From: an uncultured Chloroflexia bacterium
GTDB lineage: Bacteria > Chloroflexota > Limnocylindria > Limnocylindrales > CSP1-4
DNA: 64,000 nt
Direction of reading: 5' to 3'
Assembly: GCA_963724635.1 (NCBI GenBank)
Contig: CAVRVI010000007.1
Location: 73,790-137,789, forward strand
Shown piece after piece: positions 19,082-29,484 of this stretch. The notes under the pieces were generated by a model, which saw nothing but the letters and a program-made list of their open reading frames with translations, was not told the DNA's origin and ran no database searches. The position numbers were made by a program, and so were the translations under genes. Position 1 is the stretch's first letter. Every line of letters begins with the position of its first letter.

Positions 19082-19124
19082 ATCAGGAGGGAGATCGGGC
19101 GTGCGGTTCACGCGGGTCGCACGC

Positions 19125-19178
19125 CTAGATACACCACCTGCCCTGCTCGGCAGCCGGCTGACACATACAGCAGCACAT
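19125..19178 (-). CDS. Cys-rich leader peptide MCCCMCQPAAEQGRWCI
   Basis: ATG TGC TGC TGT ATG TGT ... TGT ATC TAG; sits inside an attenuator upstream of a sulfur gene. Confidence 0.75.
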   Translation of the reverse strand: MCCCMCQPAAEQGRWCI

Positions 19179-19323
19179 GGTGTTCGCGATGGCGGCTCAT
19201 CGTCGGCGGAGTGTGACAGGACGACGAGCCCGGCACAAGCCCCCGAGTCGCAACCTTCGGGAACGGGCGCTCCCACATGGTGGCCATCAGGCCGGCGGCG
19301 AGCCGGTCTGCGACCATACGCTG

Positions 19324-20157
19324 ATGGACCCTGACACCCCCGAGCACGAGCTCCTGGATCGTCTCGAGCGGTACTACGACGCCGTCCCTCGGACCGGCTC
19401 GCAGGTGGAGCCGTTCGGCCCCTTCATGATCTTCGTGCCGCAGGGCGGATTCCCGCTCTATGCGCGACCCCGGCTTGGCCTGACCACGCCGATCACGGCC
19501 GACGAAGTCCGGGCCGTCACGGAGCGGCAGCGCGCGCTGGGTGTTCCGCAGGCCCTGGAGTGGGTCGCGGAAACGACGCCATCGCTCGCCGAGGCCGCCC
19601 GGGCCGTCGGCTTCACCGTGTCGGAGCTTCCGTTGCTGGTGCTCCGCGAGCCGAGGGCGGTCCCGGCGCCGGACGGCGTCGTCATCCGACGCATCCAGCC
19701 CGATGAGCCGGCCCTCAGGCGCATCCTCGCGGTCGCGGCCGTGGCCTTCGGCCATGCCGGAACCGCGACCGGTCCCGCCGGCCCGCACGAACGCGACCGG
19801 CACGCCGCCGCCGACCAGCGCGATCACGCTCGATTGCGGGAGCGACTGGCGGCCGGACTCACGATCATGGTCGTCGCCGAGGATGAGCGCGGGCCGATCG
19901 CGTCCGGCGCGCACCAGCCGGTCGGGGACGTGTCCGAGGTCGTCGGGGTCGCCACGCTCCCATCCGCCCGGCGACGCGGTCTCGGGGTCGCCATCACCAG
20001 CATGCTCGTGGCGGATGCCCTGGCTGCCGGGGTCAAGACGGTGTTCCTGTCGGCGGCCAGCGACGACGTCGCCCGCATCTACGAGCGTCTGGGGTTCGTC
20101 CGGGTCGCGCACGCGGGGATCGCCGAGCCCGCACCTGACCCGGCGGCGACGACCTAG
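19324..20157 (+). CDS. GNAT acetyltransferase
   Basis: EVVGVATLPSARRRGLG...VFLSA...ARIYERLGF. Confidence 0.9.
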   Translation: MDPDTPEHELLDRLERYYDAVPRTGSQVEPFGPFMIFVPQGGFPLYARPRLGLTTPITADEVRAVTERQRALGVPQALEWVAETTPSLAEAARAVGFTVSELPLLVLREPRAVPAPDGVVIRRIQPDEPALRRILAVAAVAFGHAGTATGPAGPHERDRHAAADQRDHARLRERLAAGLTIMVVAEDERGPIASGAHQPVGDVSEVVGVATLPSARRRGLGVAITSMLVADALAAGVKTVFLSAASDDVARIYERLGFVRVAHAGIAEPAPDPAATT

Positions 20158-20507
20158 GGTTCGGCCGCGGGCGGGGTCAGGGCCAGGAACGTGCCGTCCG
20201 ACGCCCGCTGGACCGCCCGCACCTCGATGATGGACGCGCGCGCGATCGGCCCGTGGACATGCGGATAGATGCGGGCCGGGTCCTCGAGCCGCCAGGGCGA
20301 TCCCACCGCGTCGAGGTCGATGGTCAGCGCGACGTATGGCCGCGGGTCCGCGAGATAGTAGCGATTGGCCGTATCGATGAGGGCATCCACGCCATCGGTG
20401 CAGTGGATGAAGCCCTCGGTCCCGAGCGAGGGCGCCTCGTAGACGTCGTCAGCGACGGTCAGGGCATCCCAGGCGGCGGCGGGGAGCAGATGGAAGGTCG
20501 GTCGCAT
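20154..20507 (-). CDS. DUF952 family protein
   Basis: SLGTEGFIHCT...ANRYY...YPHVHGPI. Confidence 0.9.
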   Translation of the reverse strand: MRPTFHLLPAAAWDALTVADDVYEAPSLGTEGFIHCTDGVDALIDTANRYYLADPRPYVALTIDLDAVGSPWRLEDPARIYPHVHGPIARASIIEVRAVQRASDGTFLALTPPAAEP

Positions 20508-20545
20508 CGGCCGATGATGCCATCGCTGGCCCCTATCATCAGCCG

Positions 20546-20959
20546 ATGACGCCCACCCGCTACCCGTTTCGTCTCGGCCCGCGTTCCCGGCCGCTCCTGC
20601 GGCTGTTCGGGGTCCGCGGCGTGGAGAACGCCTACGTCGACCTCGATGCGACCACGTACACGGCCCGGTTCGGCCAATTCGAGGTCTCGACGCCGGTGAC
20701 CAACCTCGCGTCGTGGCAGATCGAGGGGCCATGGCTGTGGATCACGGCCATCGGCGTGCGGATGAGCATCCGCCACCGCGACCTCACGTTCGGGGGCTCC
20801 CCGCGCGGTGGCGTGCGCGTGGACTTTCGCGAGCCGGTCAAGGTGGGTCCGCTCAGGGTGCCGGCCCTGTATGTGACGGTCGAGGACCTGGTCGGCCTGG
20901 GGACCGCCCTCACGGCCGTCGGCATCACGGGGCGCGACCTGCGCGACGGTCGGCGCTGA
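20546..20959 (+). CDS. Hypothetical protein
   Basis: ARFG.F...TP..N, AIGVR.S..., LYVTVED pattern; TATCAT -10 6 nt before ATG. Confidence 0.7.
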   Translation: MTPTRYPFRLGPRSRPLLRLFGVRGVENAYVDLDATTYTARFGQFEVSTPVTNLASWQIEGPWLWITAIGVRMSIRHRDLTFGGSPRGGVRVDFREPVKVGPLRVPALYVTVEDLVGLGTALTAVGITGRDLRDGRR

Positions 20960-20962
20960 CGG

Positions 20963-21827
20963 ATGACCGGCGACGCCGATCCGGCCGATCACGTGCGGCC
21001 CGCCACGGCCTCCGAGCGGGCCGACGTGCGGAGCATGCATCAGGCCAATCGAGCCGCCTGGGATGAGGCTGCGGAACGCTACGAAGGCTGGTTCGACGAG
21101 GCCGTCGAGCTCATCCGAGCGGTGGCACGAACCTGCTGCCACCCGAGCTCGAGCTGATCGGCGATCTCCATGGTCGATGCCGCCGGGCGATCCACCTGCA
21201 ATGCGCCGGCGGACGCGACACGCTCTCGCTCTGGAACGCCGGTGCCGACGAGGTCGTCGGCGTCGACTTCAGTCCGCGGATGCTGGCGCTCGGCGGCCCG
21301 CCTGACGGCCGCGATCGGGAGCGCCGGCCTCATGGATCGAGGCCGACGTCCTCGATACGCCGCACGCGCTCGATGGCACGGCGGACCTGCTGTACACGGG
21401 CCGTGGCTCGCTGATGTGGCTGCAGGACCTCGATGCCTGGGCGGCCGTGCTGCGACGGCTGCTCGCCCCGAGCGGCCGTCTCGTGATCTTCGAGGGACAT
21501 CCCGCCGAGTGGCTGTTCGACGTCGACGAGGACGGCCGGTGGATCGCCACCGACTACGACTACTTCGCCGGCGTCGAGGCCTCGAAGGGCTGGGCGCCGG
21601 AGTACATCGACCGGCTTGTCGATCGACGATGACGACCAGCCTGGAAGTACGCCCGGGCGTGGACGCTCGGTGAGGTCATCACTGCGCTGCTCGGGGCCGG
21701 GCTCCAGTCTTCGAGCCGGGTCGCCGAGCACCCGACCGACTGGTGGGGCGGGCACGCGACGTCCGCGCCGAGGACCGCGGCCGCGATCCCCTGTCCTTCA
21801 GCGTCCTGGGCGGTCGCGACCCGCTGA
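20963..21827 (+). CDS. Class I SAM-dependent methyltransferase, multiple frameshifts (3' end approximate)
   Basis: ANRAAWDEAA; HLQCAGG.D; GVDFS; DL.YTGRG.L.WL.DL; FEGHP across frames. Confidence 0.75.
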
Positions 21828-21829
21828 CG

Positions 21830-22849
21830 GCTGCCGCCGGTGTGCGCGGGACTCGGCGCCCGGCGCGCTCGACGGCGCGTCGGCGGTGTGGACCGCCGGG
21901 ATGCGTGCCGAGGCGACCGGCCTGGTAGTCGGCCATCGCCTGGATGACTTCCTCGCGCGTGTTCATGACGAACGGGCCCAGCCAGGCCACCGGCTCGCGG
22001 ATCGGGCGACCGCCCAGGATCAGCACGTCCAGGTTCGGGCTGCGGCTCTCCTGGGTCAGTCGCCGCATCCGACCGTGATGGTGTCACCGGCGTCCGAGGA
22101 CGGCCAGCTGACCGAAGCCGATCGGACGGTCGTCCGGCCCGACGGTCCCGAAGCCGGCCATCACGTAGACGAGCGCGTTGTAGTCGGCCCGCCAGGGCAG
22201 GACGAGACGGGCGCCCGGGCTGAGCGAGGCATGGACGCAGCGTCATCGGGCTGTACGTGGAGCCGGGACCGGCGTGACCGGCGACGTCGCCGGCGATGAC
22301 CCGGACCAGGGCACCGCCGTCGGGCGACGAGACGAGCGCGACTTCCGCGCGCCCGGATGTCCTGGTAGCGCGGCGGCGACCACTTCTGGTCGCGCGGCAG
22401 GTTCACCCAGAGCTGGAAGCCATGGAACAGGCCGCCGCTGCGCGACGAGCGCTTCCGGCGGCTTCTCGATGTGCAGGATCCCGGCACCGGCCGTCATCCA
22501 CTGCGTGTCGCCGTTGGTGATCAGGCCGCCGCCGCCGTTCGAGTCGCTGTGCTCGAAGGTGCCGTCGATCATGTAGGTCACGGTCTCGAAGCCGCGGTGC
22601 GGGTGCCACGGCGTGCCCTTGGGCTCGCCCGGGGCGTATTCCACCTCGCCCATCTGGTCGAGATGGATGAACGGGTCGAGGTCGTCGAGGGCGACACCGG
22701 CGAAGGCCCGTCGGACCGGGAACCCCTCCCCTTCGAACCCGCGCGGCGCGACGGGTGATGCTGCGGACGGGACGCTGGCGGGCGATGGTCGGATCGGGGG
22801 CCGGGATCCGCGGCAGGATGGTGATGTCGTCGACGGTGAGGGCGGGCAT
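21830..22849 (-). CDS. Pirin family protein, multiple frameshifts (3' end approximate)
   Basis: [58 protein letters not shown]. Confidence 0.88.
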
Positions 22850-22883
22850 GGGTTTCGGGGCTCCTTCGGGTTGCTGTCCATCC

Positions 22884-22916
22884 ACCATACGCGCTGGTAG
22901 TTGCGGTGTCAACTAC
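22884..22916 (-). promoter_or_regulatory. Pirin promoter TTGACA-17-TATGGT with overlapping inverted repeat GTAGTTG-N6-CAACTAC
   Basis: -35 at 22912-22907, -10 at 22889-22884; IR arms 22897-22903 and 22910-22916. Confidence 0.7.
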
Positions 22917-23007
22917 ATTGGGACTGGAGCGCATCGGTCTCGCGATCCGTGCAACGGAGGCCAGCTATCCCCGACTTCCGTGATCCGAGCGGGTGGCCGT
23001 CGCCGGT

Positions 23008-24883
23008 TCAGTCGGCCGGCGCGAGGGTGTCCACGGAGACCCAGCGGCGATCGAGGGCGACCTGGATGACCGTCGAGCGCTCTTCCACGAGCGCCTGGCG
23101 CAGCGCCGGCTCGAACTCGTCGTCGCGCTCCACGTGCACGCCACGTCCACCGAGTGCCCGGCCGATGGCGGCGAAGTCGATCGCTCCGAGCTCCGTGGCG
23201 ATCCCCTGCCCCGACCCGCGGCGTTCCTGCCACATGCGGATCGTGCCGAATCGCTGATTGTCGAAGCAGACCACGATGACCCGAGCGTGCTCGCGCGTCG
23301 CGGTCTCGAGCTCCGCCATCGTCATCGCGAGACCCCCATCGCCGACGAGCGCTACGACCGGCCGATCGCGGTGGACGAGGGACGCGGCGATCGCGGCCGG
23401 GACGCCGTAGCCCATGGAACCCGAGGTGGGCCCCAGGAACGTCCCGGGCCGACGGAATCGGAACCCGCGACCCGCCCAGCCGGCGAAGTTGCCGGCGTCG
23501 GTCGTCAGGATCGCATCGTCCGGCAGTACCCGACGGAGCGTGTCGATCGTGCGGCCGGGATGGACCCCCGGCCCGGACCAGTCCGGAAAGCTCGTCGAAA
23601 CGTCGGAGGCGGCTTCCCAGGCGGCGCGGTCGGTCGCGTTGTGCTCCTGACGCACGCGGACACGCTCGGCATCCAGCACGGCCTTGCCGACCAATCGCTC
23701 GTTGGCCGCCTTGAGGAACGCCCGGGCATCCGCGGCGATCACGATCTCGGCAGGCGCCCCGGCGACACGCCCCGGCTCCAGGTCGACGTGCGCCCACCGC
23801 GTCGTCGGTGCGGGCAGGGTGTCGTCCCACGTCGTCGGCTCGTTCAGGCGGCTACCGATGACGAGCATCGCGTCGGCCTCGGCGAGTCGTTCGCGCACGG
23901 TGGGCGCGGCACCCAGCCCCGCCATCCCGAGGTAGAGGGGGTGGTCGTTCGAGATGACGTCGGCGCGTCGCCAGGCGGCGATGACGGGGACCTGCAGCAG
24001 CTCGGCGAACCGGAGCAATTCCGTGGAGGTCCTGGCGCGCAGGACCCCGCCGCCGGCGAGGATCACGGGCCGCCGAGCGGAGGCGAGCAGTTCGATGACG
24101 TCGCCGATCTCGGTCTCGGTCGGCCGGGTCGGGCCTGGCCGACCGCCGTCCACGTGGGCATCACTCGGTGCCGACAGATCCAGCAGGTCTTCGGGCAGCG
24201 ACAGCAGCACGGGGCCGGGCCGCCCGCCCAGGGCCTGGCGGATCGCCTCGCCCAGGATCGGGGCGACGGCGTCGGGGGTGTCCGGTTCCGCGGCCCACTT
24301 CGCGAGCCCGCCGATGGTCGCGACCTGGTCGATCTCCTGGAATGCCTCGTGGCCGCGATGAGCGCCCTCCACCTGTCCGACGAGGGCGAACATGGGGGCC
24401 GAGTCCTGGCGGGCCGTGTGGATCCCGATGGCGAGATTGGCCGAGCCCACCGCGCGGGTGCCCAGGCAGGCCGCCGGGCGACCCGTCAGCTGGGCGTGCG
24501 CCTCGGCCATGAACGCGGCCCCGCCCTCGTGGCGCGTGGCGACGACGCGGATCCCGGCATCGCCCAGGGCATCGAGGAGGCCCAGGAAGCGATTCGCCGG
24601 GCACGGTGAAGGCGTAGCGGACGCCAGCCGTGCGCAGGGCATCGGCGATGAGCCGGCCGACGGTGCGCTCGACGGGTGGACCGTCGACGGCGGGAGCGTC
24701 GTCTTCGGGCGCCGGCGCCGGCGCCGCGTCGAGCGCCTCCTCGGTGTCGGTCGCCGGCTCGATGTCGCTCCCGGCTTCGATCTCGATCACCGGCTCGGCC
24801 GACGGCGCCTCGTCCACTTCCATGCCGACGACGCCGGGCGGCCGCGTCTCCATGTCGTCGATGTCCGCGTGCTCCTCGGTCAT
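23008..24883 (-). CDS. ThDP-dependent enzyme (acetolactate synthase-like), frameshift near 24595
   Basis: FTVPGES, RHEGGAAFMAEA, AFQEIDQ, GSMGYG.PAA, GDGG..M...EL.T, DN..FGTIR. Confidence 0.88.
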
Positions 24884-24908
24884 CGCGCCGGGACCGAACG
24901 AACGGCCG

Positions 24909-25015
24909 TCACTGGGTCACCGGCGACGCGAACGCCGACGCGATCGAGCCCGAACGACGATGACGCCCGTGACCACGATCATCATCACCTTGCCCAGACG
25001 GGATTCGGCTTTCAC
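24909..25015 (-). CDS. Possible small single-TM protein (frameshifted)
   Basis: GTG AAA GCC...: MKAESRLGKVMMIVVTGVIVV..., GAGG upstream; the 3' end is uncertain. Confidence 0.3.
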
Positions 25016-25024
25016 CGGGTCACC

Positions 25025-25518
25025 TCACCGATAGTTCTGGAACTGGAGCGGGACCGGCTCGTCGAGCTCCCGAAGGCGGGTGATGACCTTCTGGAGGTCG
25101 TCCTTGCTCTTGCTGGAGACCCGGACCGCGTCGCCCTGGATCTGCGACTTGCACTTGGGGAACTCGTCGCGGATGAGCTTGGTGATCCGCTTGGCGACAT
25201 CCTCGGGCAGACCGCGGCGCAGCTTGATCGACCTGGCGGACCTTGTTGCCGCCGGCCGGTTCCACCTTGCCCCAATCGAAGATCTTGAGCGACAGCTCGC
25301 GCCGGATCGCCTTCGATTCGATCAGGTCCTTGATCGCTGCCGCCCGATGCTCATCGTCGGTGAGCAGCACGAGCTCGTCCTTGGCCTGGGTCAGCTCGAC
25401 CGTCGACGCCCTTGAAGTCGTAGCGCTGGCCGACCTCGCGGCGGACCTGGTCGAGGGCGTTGCGCAGTTCCTGTTCGTCGAAGTCGCTCACGACGTCGAA
25501 CGAGACGTCTCCTGCCAT
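25025..25518 (-). CDS. yajQ: YajQ family cyclic di-GMP-binding protein, frameshifted
   Basis: SFDVVS.FD.QE..NA.DQ, RYDFKG, KSQIQGD.VRVS.K..DDLQ, QFQNYR across frames. Confidence 0.85.
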
Positions 25519-25536
25519 CTGGGATCTCTCCTTGTC

Positions 25537-25925
25537 CTAGCCCGCGACCGGCGTCTCCCGCCGGTGCCACCACTCGCGAAAGCGGCTGACTCGACCGTCA
25601 TCCGCGACGTCGAGGGTCATGAAGCCGGCGAGCCGGACACGCGCCCGGGTCGTCCGACGGATGAAGCTGGCGTGCCAGCACGGCGAGGATCGTCGAGCCC
25701 TCCACCCAGTGGCGCTCGACGGTCATCTCGACCTGCTCCTGCGACTCGGCGGCCTCCAACAGAGTAGCGTCGAAGCGCATTGTGCCCGACGAGCGCCGGT
25801 TCGAACGGGTCCTCGTGATACTCGGCATCCTCCGTGAAGAGGGCGACCCAGGCATCGCCGTCGAACGTCATCCAGGCGCGGCCATAGGCATCGAGCAACT
25901 CGCCGCCGCCGGCGTAGTCGATCAT
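25537..25925 (-). CDS. NTF2/SnoaL-like protein, frameshifted
   Basis: YGRAW..FD......LFTEDAEYHEDPF.P..G..A.R.Y. Confidence 0.75.
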
Positions 25926-27490
25926 GCGGATGTCCCTCCCAGTCGCTCCAGCAAGCGCTCGCCGATCCGATAGCTGATGTCCGCCGCCCATCACCAGGAC
26001 GGCGTCACCGGCTCGCACGTTCGCGGCCAGCCAGTCGGCTGTCGCCTCCACCGAACCAGGTGCCTCCACCGGGATGTCCGCCCGTCGACTCGCCACCGCG
26101 GCGGCCAGTCCAGCCGCCGAGGCGACCGTGGTATCGGGATCCCGGCCGGCCCAGATGTCGGCGACGGCCACCGCGTCCGCGGTCGCGAGCGCGTCGGCGA
26201 AGTCCGGCAGCAGGGCGGCCGTCCGATGGTACGTCAGCGGTTCGTAGACCGCCCACAGGCGTCGCCCCGGCTCGCGTTGACGGATCGCGCGGATCGTCTC
26301 GCGGATCGCCGTCGGATGGTGACCGTAGTCGTCGTACACGATCACGCCGGCCGCCTCGCCCTTTCGCTCCAGCCGGCGCCCGACACCCGAGAACGATCCG
26401 GCAAGTCCGGCGCGAGGGCCGGTCCGGGGACAGGCCAGCGACGAGCGCCGGCTCCAGCGACCGCGAGGGCGTTCGCGGCGTTGTGCCGTCCCGCGGTTCG
26501 CAGCACGACCGTCACCGCGCCCGCGAGCGGATCGAGGCCGTGGATCTCCAGGTCGTGCCCGTCGGCGTCGGCATGGACGATCCGGCCGAGGAGCGACGTC
26601 GCGGGTCCCGCTGCCGTCGCGTACCGATCCGCGATGCCCTTGGACGCCACCGCCCGCCGGGGATCCATCGACGAGCGCGTAGGCGATGACCCGGAGATCC
26701 GATCCAGGAGTCGTTCGACCACGGCCTCGGCACCCGGATCGCCGACGTTGGCGACCACCGTCGCGCCGTCAGGCGCCCGACGGAGCCAGGACGCGAACGC
26801 GTCCTCCACGGCGCGATCGATCGGCGAAGACGTCGGGGTGGTCCCATTCGGCGCCCGTGAGGATGGCCACCGATGGGCGATACGGATCGAAGTTGCCCGC
26901 GTATTCGTCGGCCTCGACGACGAAGCGCGCGACCCTGGCCGCGACGCGCGGTCGCCGGCAGCCCACCGGTGATGCGTTGACGGCAGCAAGCGCTCCGACG
27001 AACGCCGACGGGTCCGCTCCGGCGCCGACAAGGACGTGGACGAGCCAGCCGGACGTCGTGCTCTTGCCATGGGTCCCGGCCACGGCGACCAGCGTCGCGA
27101 TCGAACGCGCAGTCCGCGACGATCTGCTGCCACGCTTCCGGCTCGACGCCGATCGAGCGGGCGGCTCGGAGTTCCGGGTGGTCGGGATCGATCGCGGTGA
27201 GCGCCTTGGTCACGGCCACTCGCTCGGGTCGCGGTGCGTCGGTGACGTGGGCCGGATCGTGGGACCAGGCGAGCGAGATCCCGGCCTCGTCGAGCGCCGG
27301 CGTGTACGGTGACGCACCGCCGGCATCGCAGCCGGTCGACGACGGCGCCCGCGTGGTGCGCCAGCAGGGCGGCCGCACTCGCCCCGGCGCCCGCCGCGCC
27401 GATCACGTGGAGGCGCTGCCCGGCCGGGATGGGTCGAGCCTCCCGGGCCGCCGCCAGACCCGCGCCGATGGTTCCGGCGTCGCGTGTCAC
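25922..27490 (-). CDS. murC: MurC/Mpl-like Mur ligase, multiple frameshifts
   Basis: HVIGAAGAG, AGTHGKSTT, VEADEY, EWDHPD, G.HNAANA, DDYGHHPT. Confidence 0.75.
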
Positions 27491-27984
27491 GGGACCGCGA
27501 GCCGTTCGAGGAGAAGCCTCAGCGCGGCGTCGGCACTCGCTCGCTTGTTCCCGGAACGGTCGTCGGACCACAGGAACCGGCGAACCAGGTCGCCGTCCGC
27601 ATCGGCCACGGCCACGTAGGTCAGCCCGACCGGCTTCGAGGCCGTCCCGCCGTCCGGCCCGGCCACGCCCGTCACGGCCACGGCCACGTCCACGCCGAGT
27701 CGTCGCCGGGCACCGATGGCCATCGCGACCGCGACCTGGGCGGACACGGCCCCATGAGCGTCCAGCACGGCCGGAGGAACGTCGGCGAGGGCGATCTTGA
27801 CCTCGTTGGCATAGGTGACGAGACCGCCCATCAGGTAGGCGCTGGATCCGGGGATCTCGGTCAGGAGGTGCGAGACGAGGCCGCCCGTGCACGACTCCGC
27901 GGTGCCGATCGTCAGGCCGCGGGTACGGCAGGCGTCACCGACCCTCGTCGCCAGCCGCAGCAGCTCGTCGTCGGTCGGGGGCAC
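27487..27984 (-). CDS. CinA C-terminal domain / NMN deamidase PncC
   Basis: TAESCTGG, GSSAY, HGAVS..VA.AMA, TGVAGPDGG...KPVG. Confidence 0.9.
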   Translation of the reverse strand: MPPTDDELLRLATRVGDACRTRGLTIGTAESCTGGLVSHLLTEIPGSSAYLMGGLVTYANEVKIALADVPPAVLDAHGAVSAQVAVAMAIGARRRLGVDVAVAVTGVAGPDGGTASKPVGLTYVAVADADGDLVRRFLWSDDRSGNKRASADAALRLLLERLAVP

Positions 27985-27989
27985 GCTCG

Positions 27990-29354
27990 TCAGCGGCGCT
28001 GGGTCTTGACCGGTTCGTCGGGCGGCGCGAACAGCCAGGTCTCGGGCACGCCGCTGCGGCCGAGCGACCCGAGGGACGTGCCGTTGAGGGTGAAGTAGGT
28101 GACGCCCGAGGACCCGGTCCGGACCTCGATCGATTCCTTGCCCGTGAACGTGAGCGTCTTGCCGCTGCCGAAGACCTTGCCGGCCAGGCCGACCTTGTCG
28201 TCGATCTTGCCGTCGACCCATACCTTGATCCAGGCCTTGCCGCCCTTGACGTTCACGACGAGGTTGACGCCCTTGAACGCCACCGACACGTTACGGGTGA
28301 GCGAGGCGGTCTTGCCTTCCGGGCTCGACGCGGTGACGGTGATCGCCCAGCGACCGGTCGTGAGCTCATAGGGCGTGCTGAAGGCGCCATCCTCCCCCAC
28401 CTCGACCGTGACGGCGCTCGGGGTGGCCGGGGGCGCGGGGGTCGCGGCGTCGTCGACGACCGGTTCCGCCGGGCCGACGTAGCGCGCACTGACCACGACC
28501 GTATCGGCGTTGGTGGTCCGACCCTGCACCGGGATCGCGCCGTTCTCGTACGTCGCCCCCTCGGCCGGTTGGTCCACGCTCAGGGTCGGCGCCTCGATCA
28601 CGAGGAACGGCACCGTGATGAACAGGCTGACCGTCTCCTCCGAGCGTTTGCCCGTGTCGGGATCGACGGAGGACACCTCGAACTGGTTGCGGCCGCGGCG
28701 CAGTTCGACGGTCGCGTTCCAGGCGCCATCCGCATCAGCGCTGACGCTGTACGGGTCACGCCCCGGTGTCGCGATGGAGATCGTGGCCCCGCCACTCGAC
28801 ATCCCGCGCAGCGTGTACTCGGTGGCGGCGTCATCCGCCTCGACGACGGCGGTCGCCGGCGTCGTCACGACGATCGTCGGCGGCTTGGCGAAGCGCAGGA
28901 GCTGAACGCCGAGATAGCCGGCAAAGGCGAGCACCGCGATGAGCAGCAGGCCGAAGACCACGAGGCTCGGCGAGAAGGTCAGTCCCGGGCGCGGAGTCGC
29001 GATGGGACGCGGGACGGAGATGACCGCCTGGGGCTCCCGGGGATCGCCGCGCTCGCGGCGCCACTGGAGCAGCACCTCGTCGGGGTCCAGCCCGAGATAC
29101 AGGGCGTAGTTGCGCAGGAAGCCCTTGGTGTAGACGGCGCCGGGCAGTTCGCGATAGTCGCCACGCTCGAGGGCGGCCAGGTAGCGCGCCCGGATCTTGG
29201 TGTCGCGCTCGGCGCGGTAGAGGTCCACGCCCTTGCGTTCGCGGGCGGTCAGGAGACGTTCCGGGAGACTCGGGGTAGGCTCGGCCGCGAGACCGCGCGG
29301 GACATCGCCTCGCTCGGCCCCGACGGCTCGCCGGACCTGATCCCGTGTCGTCAA
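27990..29354 (-). CDS. rodZ: RodZ-like HTH-TM protein with Ig-like domains and DUF4115 (start uncertain)
   Basis: ARERKG...TKIR..YL.ALE.G...LPG.VY.KGFLRNYA.YLGLD; TM; W.KVWVDG; TTG start assumed. Confidence 0.8.
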   Translation of the reverse strand: MTTRDQVRRAVGAERGDVPRGLAAEPTPSLPERLLTARERKGVDLYRAERDTKIRARYLAALERGDYRELPGAVYTKGFLRNYALYLGLDPDEVLLQWRRERGDPREPQAVISVPRPIATPRPGLTFSPSLVVFGLLLIAVLAFAGYLGVQLLRFAKPPTIVVTTPATAVVEADDAATEYTLRGMSSGGATISIATPGRDPYSVSADADGAWNATVELRRGRNQFEVSSVDPDTGKRSEETVSLFITVPFLVIEAPTLSVDQPAEGATYENGAIPVQGRTTNADTVVVSARYVGPAEPVVDDAATPAPPATPSAVTVEVGEDGAFSTPYELTTGRWAITVTASSPEGKTASLTRNVSVAFKGVNLVVNVKGGKAWIKVWVDGKIDDKVGLAGKVFGSGKTLTFTGKESIEVRTGSSGVTYFTLNGTSLGSLGRSGVPETWLFAPPDEPVKTQRR

Positions 29355-29484
29355 ATTCGATGCCCCGTGGTGGACGCGCTCGCTTCCGGTCTCGCCGCCG
29401 TAGCGCCGCGCCGCCGTGGCGTCGACCGGGGACCAAGGATACCCCAGCCGCAAGCCGACGCCCACCGGGACGTTCGTCCGGTGG

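Noticed and set aside
19108-19200. Alternative leader peptide MSRHREHHVLLYVSAGC..., or a SAM riboswitch
   Set aside because: No SAM-I/IV core is recognisable. The Cys-rich frame fits the attenuator geometry and the downstream gene much better, though this ATG may be the true start if there is an indel.
25617-26345. Apparent MurC C-terminus / SnoaL fusion
   Set aside because: Produced by an indel near 25975; an ATGA overlap at 25922-25925 indicates two genes.
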